NCBI GenBank assembly: GCA_951406725.2
Contig: OX597819.1
Location: forward strand, 67,642,001-67,706,000
Reading direction: 5' to 3'
Length of the DNA: 64,000 nucleotides
Source: Octopus vulgaris
Lineage: Eukaryota
This document shows, piece after piece, positions 1-10,845 of this stretch. Every line of letters begins with the position of its first letter. Position 1 is the stretch's first letter. Below the pieces are notes generated by a model. It was not told where the DNA came from, did no database searches, and worked only from the letters and a program-made list of their open reading frames with translations. The position numbers and the translations under genes are program-made.

Positions 1-1
1 T

Positions 2-2548
2 GCTGCTGGAACAAACTCTCAAAAAGACGATCTACCAGGTGACCAGAACCAGAATACTTCTAACTCTGGACTTGTAGTGACACCACCAAAAACACCACCT
101 AAAGCAAAACGTATAAAATGGACCAGAGAGGACTATAGAGATGTGTTGAAAGCTTTTTATACAGCCCAACTAAACCCAAACAATAACCTCAGTGTACAAA
201 CATACATCTCATGGAGAAATTCAGTAGGCAATGACGTACGTAGATATATAGACGCAAATAAATTAAGTAATGTACGCAGAGATATAATTAAAAACAAAAG
301 ACTAACTGACGCTGAAATTGACAAAATTAGGACACTAATAGCTCATGGTAGACCAAAAGAAAACAGCAACAATGTAGACGAAATAGGTAATAGTAGCACA
401 GAAGCCAGTGTACAAGCGGCAAATCAACTTCCCAATGGGGAAGTTAAACAAAGAATAGCGAAGACGAGAGATTTGAAAAAAGAGGAGAACGTAGACCTTC
501 CTCAAGAAAACCAAAATAGATATGACATAGAATTTGAGGTGAATAATAGAGAAAAGATTATGGAAGCAAAAGTGGACATTATGAGAGAACTCGGCAAGAT
601 TGAGCTCACTGACATGGTTAATAGAGAACCACTACCAAAGTTTTCAAATGGCACAAGAAATAACAACACAATCATGACATATAACGTTGCCCTAGGACAG
701 ATCTTAAGAAATAAGGGGAATGATTTGACAACGTTAAATAATCTCATTTATTCCACTGCTAAAGTAGTAACTACCCAACTAGGTATTAAGATGACAAAGA
801 AAAAGGCCAGGCATGTCAATGAACCTCCTAAGTGGAAAGTAGCGATACAAAAAGAGATTGAATCTCTGCGGGCGGATGTTTCAGTTCTCGATGAGCTTGC
901 TAGAGGAGTGAATATTAAGCCGAGAAAAGCTAGAAAAATCAAGCAAAAATATAAAATCAAAGATCTCATAAACCTCCCTGCAACTAAGGAACTGTTGAAA
1001 CAACGGATACAGTTGAAAGCTCAACGGCTTAGAAGGTATGACAAAAGAAACAAATTTTATCGACAAAATAAATTTTTTAAGACAGATGCAAAGAAATTTT
1101 ATAGGGAAATTGGCAAAAATAAAATACACATAGAAGATCCACCTAAGATTGAGGAAGTGGAGGAGTTCTGGAAGAAGGTATGGAGCAACGAAAAAGAGTT
1201 TAATGCTGAGGCTGACTGGATAGAACGTGAGAAAGAGAGACTGGATGAACTTGAAGAACAGAAATGGGAAGCAATAGGAATAGAGGAGCTAAGGTGTGTC
1301 CTTAGGAAGGCTCATAAATGGAAAACCCCAGGACTGGATCGGATCCCTAACTTCTGGCTGAATTGTTTGACAGAGGTACACGAACATCTCGCTGCATCTC
1401 TGTCTGATGTCATTCAGAACCCAGAGCAAATACCTGCTTGGCTGACTGAAGGAACCACCTACCTATTACCTAAAACCGAAGACACAAAAAACCCAAAGAA
1501 TTACCGGCCAATAACATGTCTCAACACCACCTACAAAATCCTCACATCCATAATAACGGAGAGAATGTACGCTTTCCTTGAACAAAATTCTATCCTTCCA
1601 CAAGCTCAAAAAGGTTGTAAAAGAAACTCTTATGGGTGCAAAGACCAATTGCTCATAAACAGAATGATTGTAGAGAATTGCCGGAGCAAAAACAAAAACC
1701 TGAGTATGGCATGGATAGACTACAGGAAAGCGTATGACAGTGTCCCACATAAATGGATACTCAAGGCCCTTGAGATATACAAGATCTCCCCTGTCGTCTC
1801 AAAATTCTTAGAGAATAGCATGACCATGTGGAACACACGTCTCTTTCTAAGCCATAGTAATGGGATGAGCCAGTCCAACAGCATCAACATCAAACGAGGC
1901 ATCTTTCAAGGTGACTCCCTCTCTCCATTACTTTTTTGCATGGCACTGATCCCACTCTCAAACGAATTGGATAGTGCCAGATATGGGTACAAAGTTTTTA
2001 GCAAGTTAATAAACCACCTTTTTTATATGGACGATCTAAAGCTGTTTGCCAAGAATGACCAAGAGCTAGAAGGGCTGCTAACAACTGTTAAAGAGTTTAG
2101 CAATGATATCGGAATGGATTTTGGCCTTGATAAGTGTGCTAAAGCAACTTTTGTAAGAGGCAAGCTCAGGCAAACAGCTTCTGTTAAATTAGATATTGAC
2201 ACTACCATCAAGGAACTTGACCCACAAGAAAGCTACAAATACCTAGGAATCAACGAAGGAGATGGTATACATCATGCTACTATGAAGGAAAAAATAAGAA
2301 AGGAGTACTATTGGAGAATAAGACTTGTACTGAAGACTGAACTCAACTCCAAAAATTGCATTGAGGCCATTAACACCCTGGCACTTCCAGTAGTCCAGTA
2401 CAGTTTTAACATCATTAACTGGAACCTTACAGAACTCCAACGCTTGGACAGGAAGACAAGAAAGTTACTGACATCCAGGAGCATGCACCACCCTAAGGCA
2501 GATGTAGACCGCTTGTACCTACCTAGAAGCAGCGGGGGAGAGGAATGA
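2..2548 (+). CDS. R4/Dong-like ORF: N-terminal region and reverse transcriptase
   Basis: Frame is open from base 2 (the track start at 77 is GTG). RT motifs KTPGLD, NYRPITCL, QKGC, WIDYRKAYDSVPH, GIFQGDSLSPLLF, LFYMDDLKLF, YKYLG. Confidence 0.9.
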   Translation, partial: AAGTNSQKDDLPGDQNQNTSNSGLVVTPPKTPPKAKRIKWTREDYRDVLKAFYTAQLNPNNNLSVQTYISWRNSVGNDVRRYIDANKLSNVRRDIIKNKRLTDAEIDKIRTLIAHGRPKENSNNVDEIGNSSTEASVQAANQLPNGEVKQRIAKTRDLKKEENVDLPQENQNRYDIEFEVNNREKIMEAKVDIMRELGKIELTDMVNREPLPKFSNGTRNNNTIMTYNVALGQILRNKGNDLTTLNNLIYSTAKVVTTQLGIKMTKKKARHVNEPPKWKVAIQKEIESLRADVSVLDELARGVNIKPRKARKIKQKYKIKDLINLPATKELLKQRIQLKAQRLRRYDKRNKFYRQNKFFKTDAKKFYREIGKNKIHIEDPPKIEEVEEFWKKVWSNEKEFNAEADWIEREKERLDELEEQKWEAIGIEELRCVLRKAHKWKTPGLDRIPNFWLNCLTEVHEHLAASLSDVIQNPEQIPAWLTEGTTYLLPKTEDTKNPKNYRPITCLNTTYKILTSIITERMYAFLEQNSILPQAQKGCKRNSYGCKDQLLINRMIVENCRSKNKNLSMAWIDYRKAYDSVPHKWILKALEIYKISPVVSKFLENSMTMWNTRLFLSHSNGMSQSNSINIKRGIFQGDSLSPLLFCMALIPLSNELDSARYGYKVFSKLINHLFYMDDLKLFAKNDQELEGLLTTVKEFSNDIGMDFGLDKCAKATFVRGKLRQTASVKLDIDTTIKELDPQESYKYLGINEGDGIHHATMKEKIRKEYYWRIRLVLKTELNSKNCIEAINTLALPVVQYSFNIINWNLTELQRLDRKTRKLLTSRSMHHPKADVDRLYLPRSSGGEE

Positions 2549-3576
2549 TGCAATTGGAGCTGTGCTATAAGACCTCTACTGTAGGAATGAACAGGTACCT
2601 ATCTAGTACAAAAGACTGGATGCTGCGACTTGTGTGTGAACACGAAAGCAGCAAAAAGCTGCATTCTATTGTCAAGGAAGCTTATAAGTTCGAAAGGGAA
2701 CTAGGCATTAACCTTGAATCAGGTGAAGAGCCAGAAACCACTGCTACCAAGCAAGCAAAGCGAATCAGGCAGACTGCAAAAAAGAATGGGCAGAATCAAA
2801 TTGAGAGGCGGTGGAGCCAGAAGCCCCTGCATGGACAATACATTCTCCGAAGCCAAAATGCTGATGTAGACCAAGCAACAACCCATCAGTGGCTGAAGAG
2901 TTCTGGATTGAAAGCAGAGACTGAAGGCTTCATAATGGCAGCACAAGATCAAAGCTTGTTTACCAGAAATTACCAGGCTAACGTTCTCCGAAACGGTACT
3001 GACCCTAAATGCAGATTCTGTGACACATTTGACGAAACAATAGACCATCTCGTTTCGGGATGTCCTGTGCTGACACCAAACGAATACAAAAATCGCCACG
3101 ATAGGGTAGGACAGTATATACATTGGAAGATATGTAAACACTACAAATCCGACACTCCTGCTAACTGGTATGAACACCATCCTCAGCCAGTTGTTGAAGG
3201 TAAAGATGTCACCATCCTCTGGGATTTTCCAGTCAACACTGACAGAACGATCAAGGCTAATCGACCAGACATAATTGTTAAAGACAGGGAAGAAAATACC
3301 TGCAGACTAATAGAAGTAAGCGTCCCCACTGATAAAAATGTATCTGTCAAGGAATTTGACAAACTTAGTAAATATAAGGACCTGGAAATCGAAATACAGA
3401 GGATGTGGAATCTTAAAACAAAAACTGTTCCTGTTATTGTAGGTGCCCTAGGTATGATAAAAAAGGGATGTCAGAAACACCTAGACAATATCCCTGGAAA
3501 ACCATGTCTCAAGGAAATTCAAAAGATTGTGCTAACAAGTACTGCCCACATCCTTAGAAAAACCCTATCAACGTAA
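2545..3576 (+). CDS. C-terminal part of the same ORF (CCHC zinc knuckle and RLE endonuclease), split by a 1-nt frameshift
   Basis: CRFC-x8-HLVSGC, RHD, RPDIIVKD, EVSVP, KLSKYKDL. agcgggggagaggaatgatg needs one more G to read SGGRGMM, as in the sister element (EGGRGLL). Confidence 0.88.
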   Translation: MMQLELCYKTSTVGMNRYLSSTKDWMLRLVCEHESSKKLHSIVKEAYKFERELGINLESGEEPETTATKQAKRIRQTAKKNGQNQIERRWSQKPLHGQYILRSQNADVDQATTHQWLKSSGLKAETEGFIMAAQDQSLFTRNYQANVLRNGTDPKCRFCDTFDETIDHLVSGCPVLTPNEYKNRHDRVGQYIHWKICKHYKSDTPANWYEHHPQPVVEGKDVTILWDFPVNTDRTIKANRPDIIVKDREENTCRLIEVSVPTDKNVSVKEFDKLSKYKDLEIEIQRMWNLKTKTVPVIVGALGMIKKGCQKHLDNIPGKPCLKEIQKIVLTSTAHILRKTLST

Positions 3577-3750
3577 ATGTTTGTGTTTGTATTACATGGA
3601 GATATTTCTCTACTTCCCCTCCCCAAGCTTTCAGCTATATTTCAACAACTCTTAACCTTCACTTGCCCTAGGGCGCTGGGTGTGCCCCGGCAGGTGATTG
3701 CATCAAACATGCAGATTAAAAGTAAATAATAATAATAATAATAATAATAA

Positions 3751-5485
3751 GGGCTTACTAGCGATAGTCAAACAATTCAGTGACGACATCTGAATGCAAT
3801 TCGGCCTCGATAAATGTGCAAGGGCTACCTTTATCAAAGGAAAAATGACAGAAACATCTAACGTTAACCTTGACCAACAGAATGTCATAAAAGAACTAGA
3901 CCCAGCGGAGAGCTACAAGTACCTAGGGGTAATTGAAGGGAACGGAATAAGGCATTCAGAGATGAAGGAAAGGATCAGGAGAGAATGCTATCGAAGAGTG
4001 AGAGCAATACTCAAGACAGAGCTGAATGCAAGAAACAGGATCGAAGCAATCAATGCATTAGCTATACCAGTCGTGACTTACAGTTTCAATATTGTTAACT
4101 GGTCAATTACTGAAATATGTCAGCTCGACAGAAAAATAAGGAAACTGTTGACAATGCATAGAATGCACCACCCTAAGGCAGATACAGAACGACTCTATCT
4201 GCCAAGAAAAGAGGGAGGCCGTGGTCTTTTGCAACTGGCAATAACAATGAAGATTGCTACAATTGGCCTAGACAATTGGCCTACCTGAAAAACTCAGAGG
4301 ACTGGATGGTAAAACTTGTCTCAAAACATGAAAACAAGAAAGCATCATACTCAGTCACAAAACAGGCAAAGGAATATCTAAGTGAATTCCGAATACAACC
4401 AATTTCGGAATTAGAGATAGATATACAAGAAACAAGCACAGAAAAAGCTAGGCGCATGAAAACCCGTGCCAAAACTGCGGCCTTAGATATTCTGAATAAT
4501 AAATGGCAAGAAAAACCTCTCTATGGCAAATACCCAAAGAGAGCGAATAATGCAGATATCGACAAAGCCCTGACCCATCAATGGCTAATGGCCTCTGGCT
4601 TAAAATCTGAAACAGAGGGGTTTATCATAGCAGCTCAAGATCAATGCCTACCAACAAGAAACTACCAGGCCAACATATTAAAGATCAGAAGCAGTCCAAC
4701 GTGTCGTGTATGCAAGCAACAAAATGAAACCATTGACCATGTGGTCTCCAAGTTCAGTCTTCTAGCGCCTACAGAGTATCTCAACAGGCACGATAGAGCT
4801 GCACAATATATTCACTGGGTAATCTGTAAAAACCTGGATTTGCCCCATGAAAAAAACTGGTGGGAACACAAACCACCCCCAGTGCTTGAAAATGACCACA
4901 TCTCACTCCTCTGGAACTTCACCATTCAAACTGACAGGAAGATAGATGCAAATAGGCCAGACATCATATTGAAAGACTTCAAACAAAGAACATGCCTCCT
5001 CATTGATATGACTGTCCCAATCGATATAAACGTATCTGTCAAGACCTACCAAAAACTGAGCAAATATAAAGATCTTGAAATAGAAATCAGCAAAATGTGT
5101 AAGCTGAAGACTAAAACAATACCTGTTGTCATAGGTGCCCTGAGAATGATAGCAAAAGGGGCTGATAGCTACATAACTCAGATAACAGGAAACCCAAAAA
5201 TGGCAGAAGTTCAAAAGATAGTGCTCATGGAAACTGCTCATATCCTACGCAAAATACTCTCTATGTAATCTCAAGGTTTAAAACAAACATAATTTTCGGT
5301 TTAAAAAAAAAAAAAAAAAAAAAACATTTTTTTTTTAGACATTCATTAGTACAACATCCCCACCCCCCAAATATATGGCACACTAGGCATAACAACAACA
5401 TGAACTTCCAACCCTGTTGTCTTTTGAGGTCTCTGGGTGAGACTTGGAGCCAACTTGTACAAATATAAAGCAAAAGTCAAACATA

Positions 5486-5528
<43 letters not shown>
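3751..5528 (+). mobile_element. Second R4/Dong-like element, 5'-truncated and disabled
   Basis: Starts abruptly after (AAT)n with GLLAIVKQFSDDI*MQFGLDKC; stop at 3791; frameshift at duplicated caattggccta (4260-4283); CRVC..H, RHD, RPDII, KLSKYKDL; (AAT)n tail 5487-5528. Confidence 0.9.
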
Positions 5529-5530
<2 letters not shown>

Positions 5531-6090
5531 CAGGCAGTGGCTCTCATGGCTTCTGATCCTAACTGATCGGAAGTGTTATCATGTACATTGTTTTGTCTTG
5601 GTATAAAAGATGGGCTACAGCAAATATTCTGCTCAATACCACATATTTGCTTCTTAGTTGTTTGACCTTAACCAGTTGAGCATGTCCCTTAGTGGCTGAT
5701 GATATGTGCATCTCTGATCACGAGCAGAAGTAGTGGGGCAGCATCAAAACCATGTGTTGAGAAGGATTCTTTGGGGTTTGAATAATTCACCTCTGGAAAC
5801 ATGGGTGTTTCTTTCAACATCCTTAAACAACCCTTGTTCAGGGAACTTTTGAGCGGGATGGGCTACTCAGCCTGAAGAAAATTCTAATTGGGCCCCACCT
5901 GCAAGGTCATGTGCTGTTTATCTTGATATTAGATCACCATGTCGCGCACATATGGTTATGATGCATGTGCCTGGTGTACCCTTATCAGACGGGTAGTCAT
6001 GCTGGGTATATTGGGCTTCGTATATTTTACTCCAGTGTCACTTTGATGGCATGCACTGCTCTCTCACTCAATAATAATAATAATAATAAT
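5529..6090 (+). mobile_element. ~540-bp non-coding interspersed repeat flanked by (AAT)n
   Basis: Reverse-complement copy at 51670-52122; diverged fragment at ~9630-9775; no clear coding frame. Confidence 0.75.
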
Positions 6091-6093
6091 ACA

Positions 6094-6153
6094 TTTTTCT
6101 ACTATAAGCACAAGGCCTGAAATTAGTGGGAGGGACACAGTCTATTAAATCGA
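6094..6153 (-). mobile_element. 3' fragment of tRNA-derived SINE family A
   Basis: tttctactataagcacaaggcctgaaatt matches the 3' end of the copies at 23527-23742 and 43891-44103. Confidence 0.65.
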
Positions 6154-6599
6154 ACACAGAATGTGAGACTGAGAGTGGAGATAGCCAGCCGATGCATTAT
6201 GCTATTACTCACGTGGTTAGTGGAAGTGAAAGCTGATGAGAAAATGAGAATAACATTTAGAGGAAAATGACATGGTTTAAAATTGTGTTAAAGAGGTAGA
6301 CAGAAAAATAGAAATATAAAGTGCAAAACAGAAGGAAATGTTAAATCATGATATATTTGTGGGATCGGAAGTGAAATAATTTAGCAAAATATAAATGAGA
6401 AATTAAAAGGTCCTTTGTTTTCCTAAAATAGATTCTCTTCATCTTTTTTTTTCCCGTAAAATTTCAAGGGGTTCCACTAGTTGTAGTAAATAAGTACATG
6501 AGTTGATATATTTAAGAAAACCCTTCACGTTGTCACCCTAACAATTACCAACACAAGTACAAATTGACACACACACACACACACACACGAATATACATA

Positions 6600-6657
<58 letters not shown>

Positions 6658-6695
6658 CTGTATACATACACCCATCTCTCAAATTTACAAAGGAG

Positions 6696-7637
6696 ATGAG
6701 TAGTACCAAATTACCATTCCTGGATATAATGGTAATTAAAAAAGACACCACCATCACCGCAGATATATACTATAAACACACAGACACACATCAATACCTA
6801 AATTTTAAGTCGTGCCATCCATCACATACAAAACGTAACATCCCATACTGCCTAGCCAGAAGAATTTGTACTATTGTAGAAGATGCAAATATCAGGAACA
6901 AACGCCTAATAGAACTAAGAGAATTTTTGCTCAAACAAAAATACCCATCTCTACTTATAGAAAATGGCATACAGCGGGCTATAAAAATACCTATACAACA
7001 ACTTAGGACAACCCAAGGAAGAGGAAAACAAGAACAAGTCATACCATTCATAGTGACACACAACCCATGTCACCAGAATATCTTCAACATTGCCAAAGCA
7101 AACCTTCCAATCATTGCCCAAAGTAATGAATTAAAAGACATAATCAAGGATCGAGCTATGGTGCTTAGTAAAAGACAGCCTAAAAACTTGAAAACATTAC
7201 TAACAAAGGCAAAATTTGACCTCAGCAACAAAGACCAAACATTCACGGTATCTAAATGCAATGATAGCCGATGTGGCACATGCCAATTCATACATACCGG
7301 TCAATATATAAACACAAAAACCGGGAAAATATTCACAAACGCGAATATGAACTGCAAAAGCAGAAATTTAATTTACTGCATCAAATGCCCAAATTGTGAA
7401 GAAATATATGTAGGTCAGACGGGAAACGCACTATTAGAACGCTCACGTGTACACCGGCAACAGATTAGAGACCCAGAGGTCCGTCAGATACCTTTGAGTA
7501 ACCACCTAGCAACATGTGGTCGGAAAATATATATAATATTTCCATTCTACAAATTACACAGCCCAAGTGAAATCGAGAGGAAAATCAGAGAAAAGAATTT
7601 TATTGATAAATTCGAACCCAAGCTAAATAAGCAATAA
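6696..7637 (+). CDS. PLE RT C-terminus/thumb, Cys linker and GIY-YIG endonuclease (partial)
   Basis: LPFLD, YYKHTDTHQYL, SCHP, IPYCLARRI; CNDSRCGTC; NLIYCIKCPNCEEIYVGQT, R..H, REKNFI..F.PKLN. Confidence 0.88.
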   Translation: MSSTKLPFLDIMVIKKDTTITADIYYKHTDTHQYLNFKSCHPSHTKRNIPYCLARRICTIVEDANIRNKRLIELREFLLKQKYPSLLIENGIQRAIKIPIQQLRTTQGRGKQEQVIPFIVTHNPCHQNIFNIAKANLPIIAQSNELKDIIKDRAMVLSKRQPKNLKTLLTKAKFDLSNKDQTFTVSKCNDSRCGTCQFIHTGQYINTKTGKIFTNANMNCKSRNLIYCIKCPNCEEIYVGQTGNALLERSRVHRQQIRDPEVRQIPLSNHLATCGRKIYIIFPFYKLHSPSEIERKIREKNFIDKFEPKLNKQ

Positions 7638-8131
7638 TAATAATACTTAGAGGTATTACTTCCACTGCTACGACCATGACCACTAACAACAACAACAATA
7701 CTAAAGGTGATCAAGACGAAGATAGCAGGAAAATTATCTTATTTAGGGTTAAAAGTTCTATTGCCACCACCATCACCACTAGCAACAATAATTAAGGTGC
7801 TGACAATGATGATGATGACAATTGAAATATAAAAATATAAAAATCTCTGACAAAGGATATTTACAACATTTCTAAAAATAACCCAACAATTGCTGCTTCG
7901 GCCAGGGTCAAGATACAGGACTCTTGACCTGTCCAACAAAGCGTGATGCCTAAACCAATCAGCTCAACCAACCAATCAGCTTAAGTAATTGAGTGATACT
8001 ACACACTGATTGGTCAGAATACAGTTTGCAAAACCTAGCACTCTGGAGCCTACCCAGCTGTATTTATAGCACAGAATCACTCATCTTGCTACAGTCAAAA
8101 ATTGTGAAGCATGACTGTCAACACTACTACA

Positions 8132-8176
8132 TGAACCCGAAGATTGCAGAATTCAATGCATGAAAGTACTAGTTCA
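8132..8176 (+). ncRNA. Minimal type I hammerhead-like motif (variant core)
   Basis: tgaac-CCGAAGA-t-tgca-gaattcaa-tgca-t-GAAA-gtac-TA-gttca; stem I tgaac/gttca; palindromic GTAC. Confidence 0.6.
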
Positions 8177-8338
8177 ATCAGAATGAATATTTAACATTCT
8201 ACTATTTCATTTTATTTTATTCAATTATAATATATTATCTTATAATATATCATTATAAGATTGTAAATAAAACGTGAAAATCAGACAAGGTTGGAATTCT
8301 TTTTATTAATATATTCTTCTATACACAATCACACACAC

Positions 8339-8395
<57 letters not shown>

Positions 8396-8521
8396 TATGT
8401 ATACCTATAGATAAATATATATATATATATATATATGTAGGTCCCGGGTTGATTCGGGGTTAACCACAGTAAATAAGGTACTCAATACATAGCAGAGTAA
8501 AATTAATTTATTATATAGAAG

Positions 8522-8574
8522 GAGCTTCTACAGGACTAGAACTGTTTCATTCAAGAAAAATCTTCAGGAAGCTC
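8522..8574 (-). ncRNA. Type I hammerhead ribozyme (inverted copy)
   Basis: Reverse complement of 8642-8694, differing by one base in loop II. Confidence 0.78.
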
Positions 8575-8641
8575 CCTGAATTTGATGTTTTTTATCATGA
8601 GGAAGAGGTCTTCTTCAAACGGTTCAAGTAGGCTGTTGGTA

Positions 8642-8694
8642 GAGCTTCCTGAAGATTTCTCTTGAATGAAACAGTTCTAGTCCTGTAGAAGCTC
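8642..8694 (+). ncRNA. Type I hammerhead ribozyme
   Basis: gagcttc-CTGAAGA-t-ttc-tctt-gaa-t-GAAA-cag-ttctagtc-ctg-TA-gaagctc; 7-bp stem I; GUA cleavage triplet. Confidence 0.8.
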
Positions 8695-8779
8695 CTTCTA
8701 TATAATATATATATATATATATATACTATATAAGTGTGTGTTTGTGTGGGAATGTGTGTATGTATGTGTACATACGTGT

Positions 8780-8987
8780 AAATCTTTCTGTTTGTGTCTG
8801 TTCCCTAACTCCGCTTGATACCCGGTGTTGGTGTGTTTATGTCCAAGTAAAATAGCAGTTCGTTAAAGAGACCGATATAATAAGTACTAGGTCAAAAACA
8901 TAGCACTGCGTGTCGATTCGTTTGACAATAATTTTCAAGGCGGTGCCTTAGAATGACCTCAGTATAATGACTTAAACCAGTGAAAGA

Positions 8988-8988
<1 letters not shown>
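8780..8988 (+). mobile_element. 3' half of SINE family B
   Basis: cgcttgatacccggtgttggtgtgtttatgtcc...gagaccgat..aataagtactagg...aaggcggtgcc matches 44690-44850. Confidence 0.7.
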
Positions 8989-9076
<88 letters not shown>

Positions 9077-9789
9077 CGATAATGTATACGGTAGTAGGTA
9101 ACGGCTTTACCTTTAAATTACCTACTACCATATACTTTATAAGAAGGACCATACATACTAAGGTAATACACCAGGGATACATCTATCCCTTAGACGGTTC
9201 CGTAACCTCTAATTTATACCTTACACTACATATAGATATAGACATATATATATGTGTGTGGGGGGTGTATGAGAGTGCATGCAGATACATTTGTCACTTG
9301 TGTGCAATAACCTTATCTCTCCTACTACGGTTAATATTTATTTTTTCGCATACTTTCCAGTAATTCTCACCTTATATTTAACTACTAAATTATCTTAATA
9401 ATCTAAATAACACCGTGTAACATCTTTTTCCTTTTTCAGTCTTGCAAGTATTATTTCCTATTTTCTTCTAACTAGAAATCAAAGGAGATAACTAGTATTC
9501 CCTTCGAACATAGATTTTGTGACCCGGAGATCAATGTTTTGAAACTGACCTATTTTTCCATTACATTTCAGATAGGTTCAGCTCTAAGTTGCTGAAGCAG
9601 AAATGTCGTTAAAATAATTCTGTTCAACACTGAAGATTTGCTAGTCAGTTGCTTGACGTTTAACCATTGAAGATGTTGTTTAGTGGCTGACAACATGTGC
9701 ATCTGTGATGATGTAGAGGAGCAGTGAGAGAGCATCATAGGCACGTATTGAGAGGGATTTTGTAGGGTATGAATCTGTAGGGTTTTACA

Positions 9790-9965
9790 GTTCTATATTT
9801 AATAGATGAGGAATTATATATTTTATTTACATTTGACGGATATATGTCCTCATCTTGCTTGTTGTTAACACAACGTTTCGGCTGATGTACCCTCCAACCT
9901 TCATCAGATGCTTTGAGGAAATTTCGAACCTGGGTTCTCATTCCTGAGATATTTTTCGAGGTTAT
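9790..9965 (-). mobile_element. Short PLE-terminus-like repeat with minimal hammerhead (9867-9912)
   Basis: Minus strand agcat-CTGATGA-a-ggttg...cagcc-GAAA-cg-TT-gtgtt; a second copy begins at ~63940 and runs off the window. Confidence 0.6.
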
Positions 9966-10659
9966 TATTATTCATAGGCATTGTTCGATGTTATTATTAT
10001 TACTATTCAGGGGCATTGTTCGATGTTGTTATTATTATTCAGGGACATTGTTGCGATCTCGCTCAGTTATATGTCACGGAAACATTCCCCGTCCTTATGA
10101 AACCTAGAACTCGAAATAATGTTATATTTTACAATATTAGCAGTTTAGATTATATAATCTGGCCTGGGTAGCGTTTATTATTAAAATACACTGCTTTTGA
10201 TTCAATTTTGTAGTACTCTGACTGTATTTGGCTGCCGGTCTTTATGCCATCCAATTTTCTTATATTTATAGACTACAGCATTTCCTCTTCCCTTCATTCT
10301 TCTACTCTTATCTCAATGTAGTCATATCAGTCTCTTTAATGTCTCTCCTTTATATATAGTTATTTATATTACCTTCAAATTAGTGATTTCCTCCAATCAA
10401 TATTACCATGTTACTACCTACTATTTTCTTGAGAGAACTTATATAAGTTTTACATCTCGCTTAGCAGTTGCCAGCATTTCTCATTTAATGTTCAAATTTC
10501 TTGACACATATACACATAATCGTTCCATAAGTAATTAATGGTCCTCACAAAGTCTGCTTTGTGGATGAAATGGTGGTTCCGCTGTTTGGTCACAACTCAA
10601 GTTATCTAACAGAAATGCTTTTATATTTTAAAATGTAGGCATGTAGTAGCTTTCAAAAA

Positions 10660-10845
10660 ATTATGTGGGAAGGAGGCCAGTCGATTACATTGTCTCTATT
10701 ACGTAACTGGGACTTATTTGATCGATACCATAAGGATGAAAGACAAAGTAGACCTCCGTGGATTTTGAATTCAGAACGTAAGGACGAACGAAATGCCGCT
10801 AAGTAATTTTTCCGGCGTATTAATGTTTCTGCCAGCTCCAAACCT
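10660..10845 (-). mobile_element. Diverged SINE family A
   Basis: ggccagtcgattac...gaattcagaacgtaaggacgaacgaaatgccgctaag...tttctgccagctc. Confidence 0.7.

Larger units (their letters stand above)
1..3750 (+). mobile_element. R4/Dong-clade (RLE-type) non-LTR retrotransposon, near full length, 5' end outside window, with (AAT)n tail
   Basis: ORF with RT, then CCHC knuckle and restriction-like endonuclease; 3' UTR 3577-3723; (AAT)n 3724-3750. Confidence 0.93.
6670..8320 (+). mobile_element. 5'-truncated Penelope-like element (Neptune-like), flanked by (TA)n
   Basis: RT thumb plus GIY-YIG ORF, then a 3' terminal region with a hammerhead-like motif at 8132-8176. Confidence 0.88.

Noticed and set aside
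2545-2548. ATGA overlap suggesting a two-ORF or translationally coupled element
   Set aside because: R4-clade elements have one ORF, and the sister element reads through this motif (EGGRGLL); a 1-nt deletion explains it.
502-3180. Minus-strand ORFs overlapping the R4/Dong ORF
   Set aside because: Antisense shadows with no recognisable motifs.
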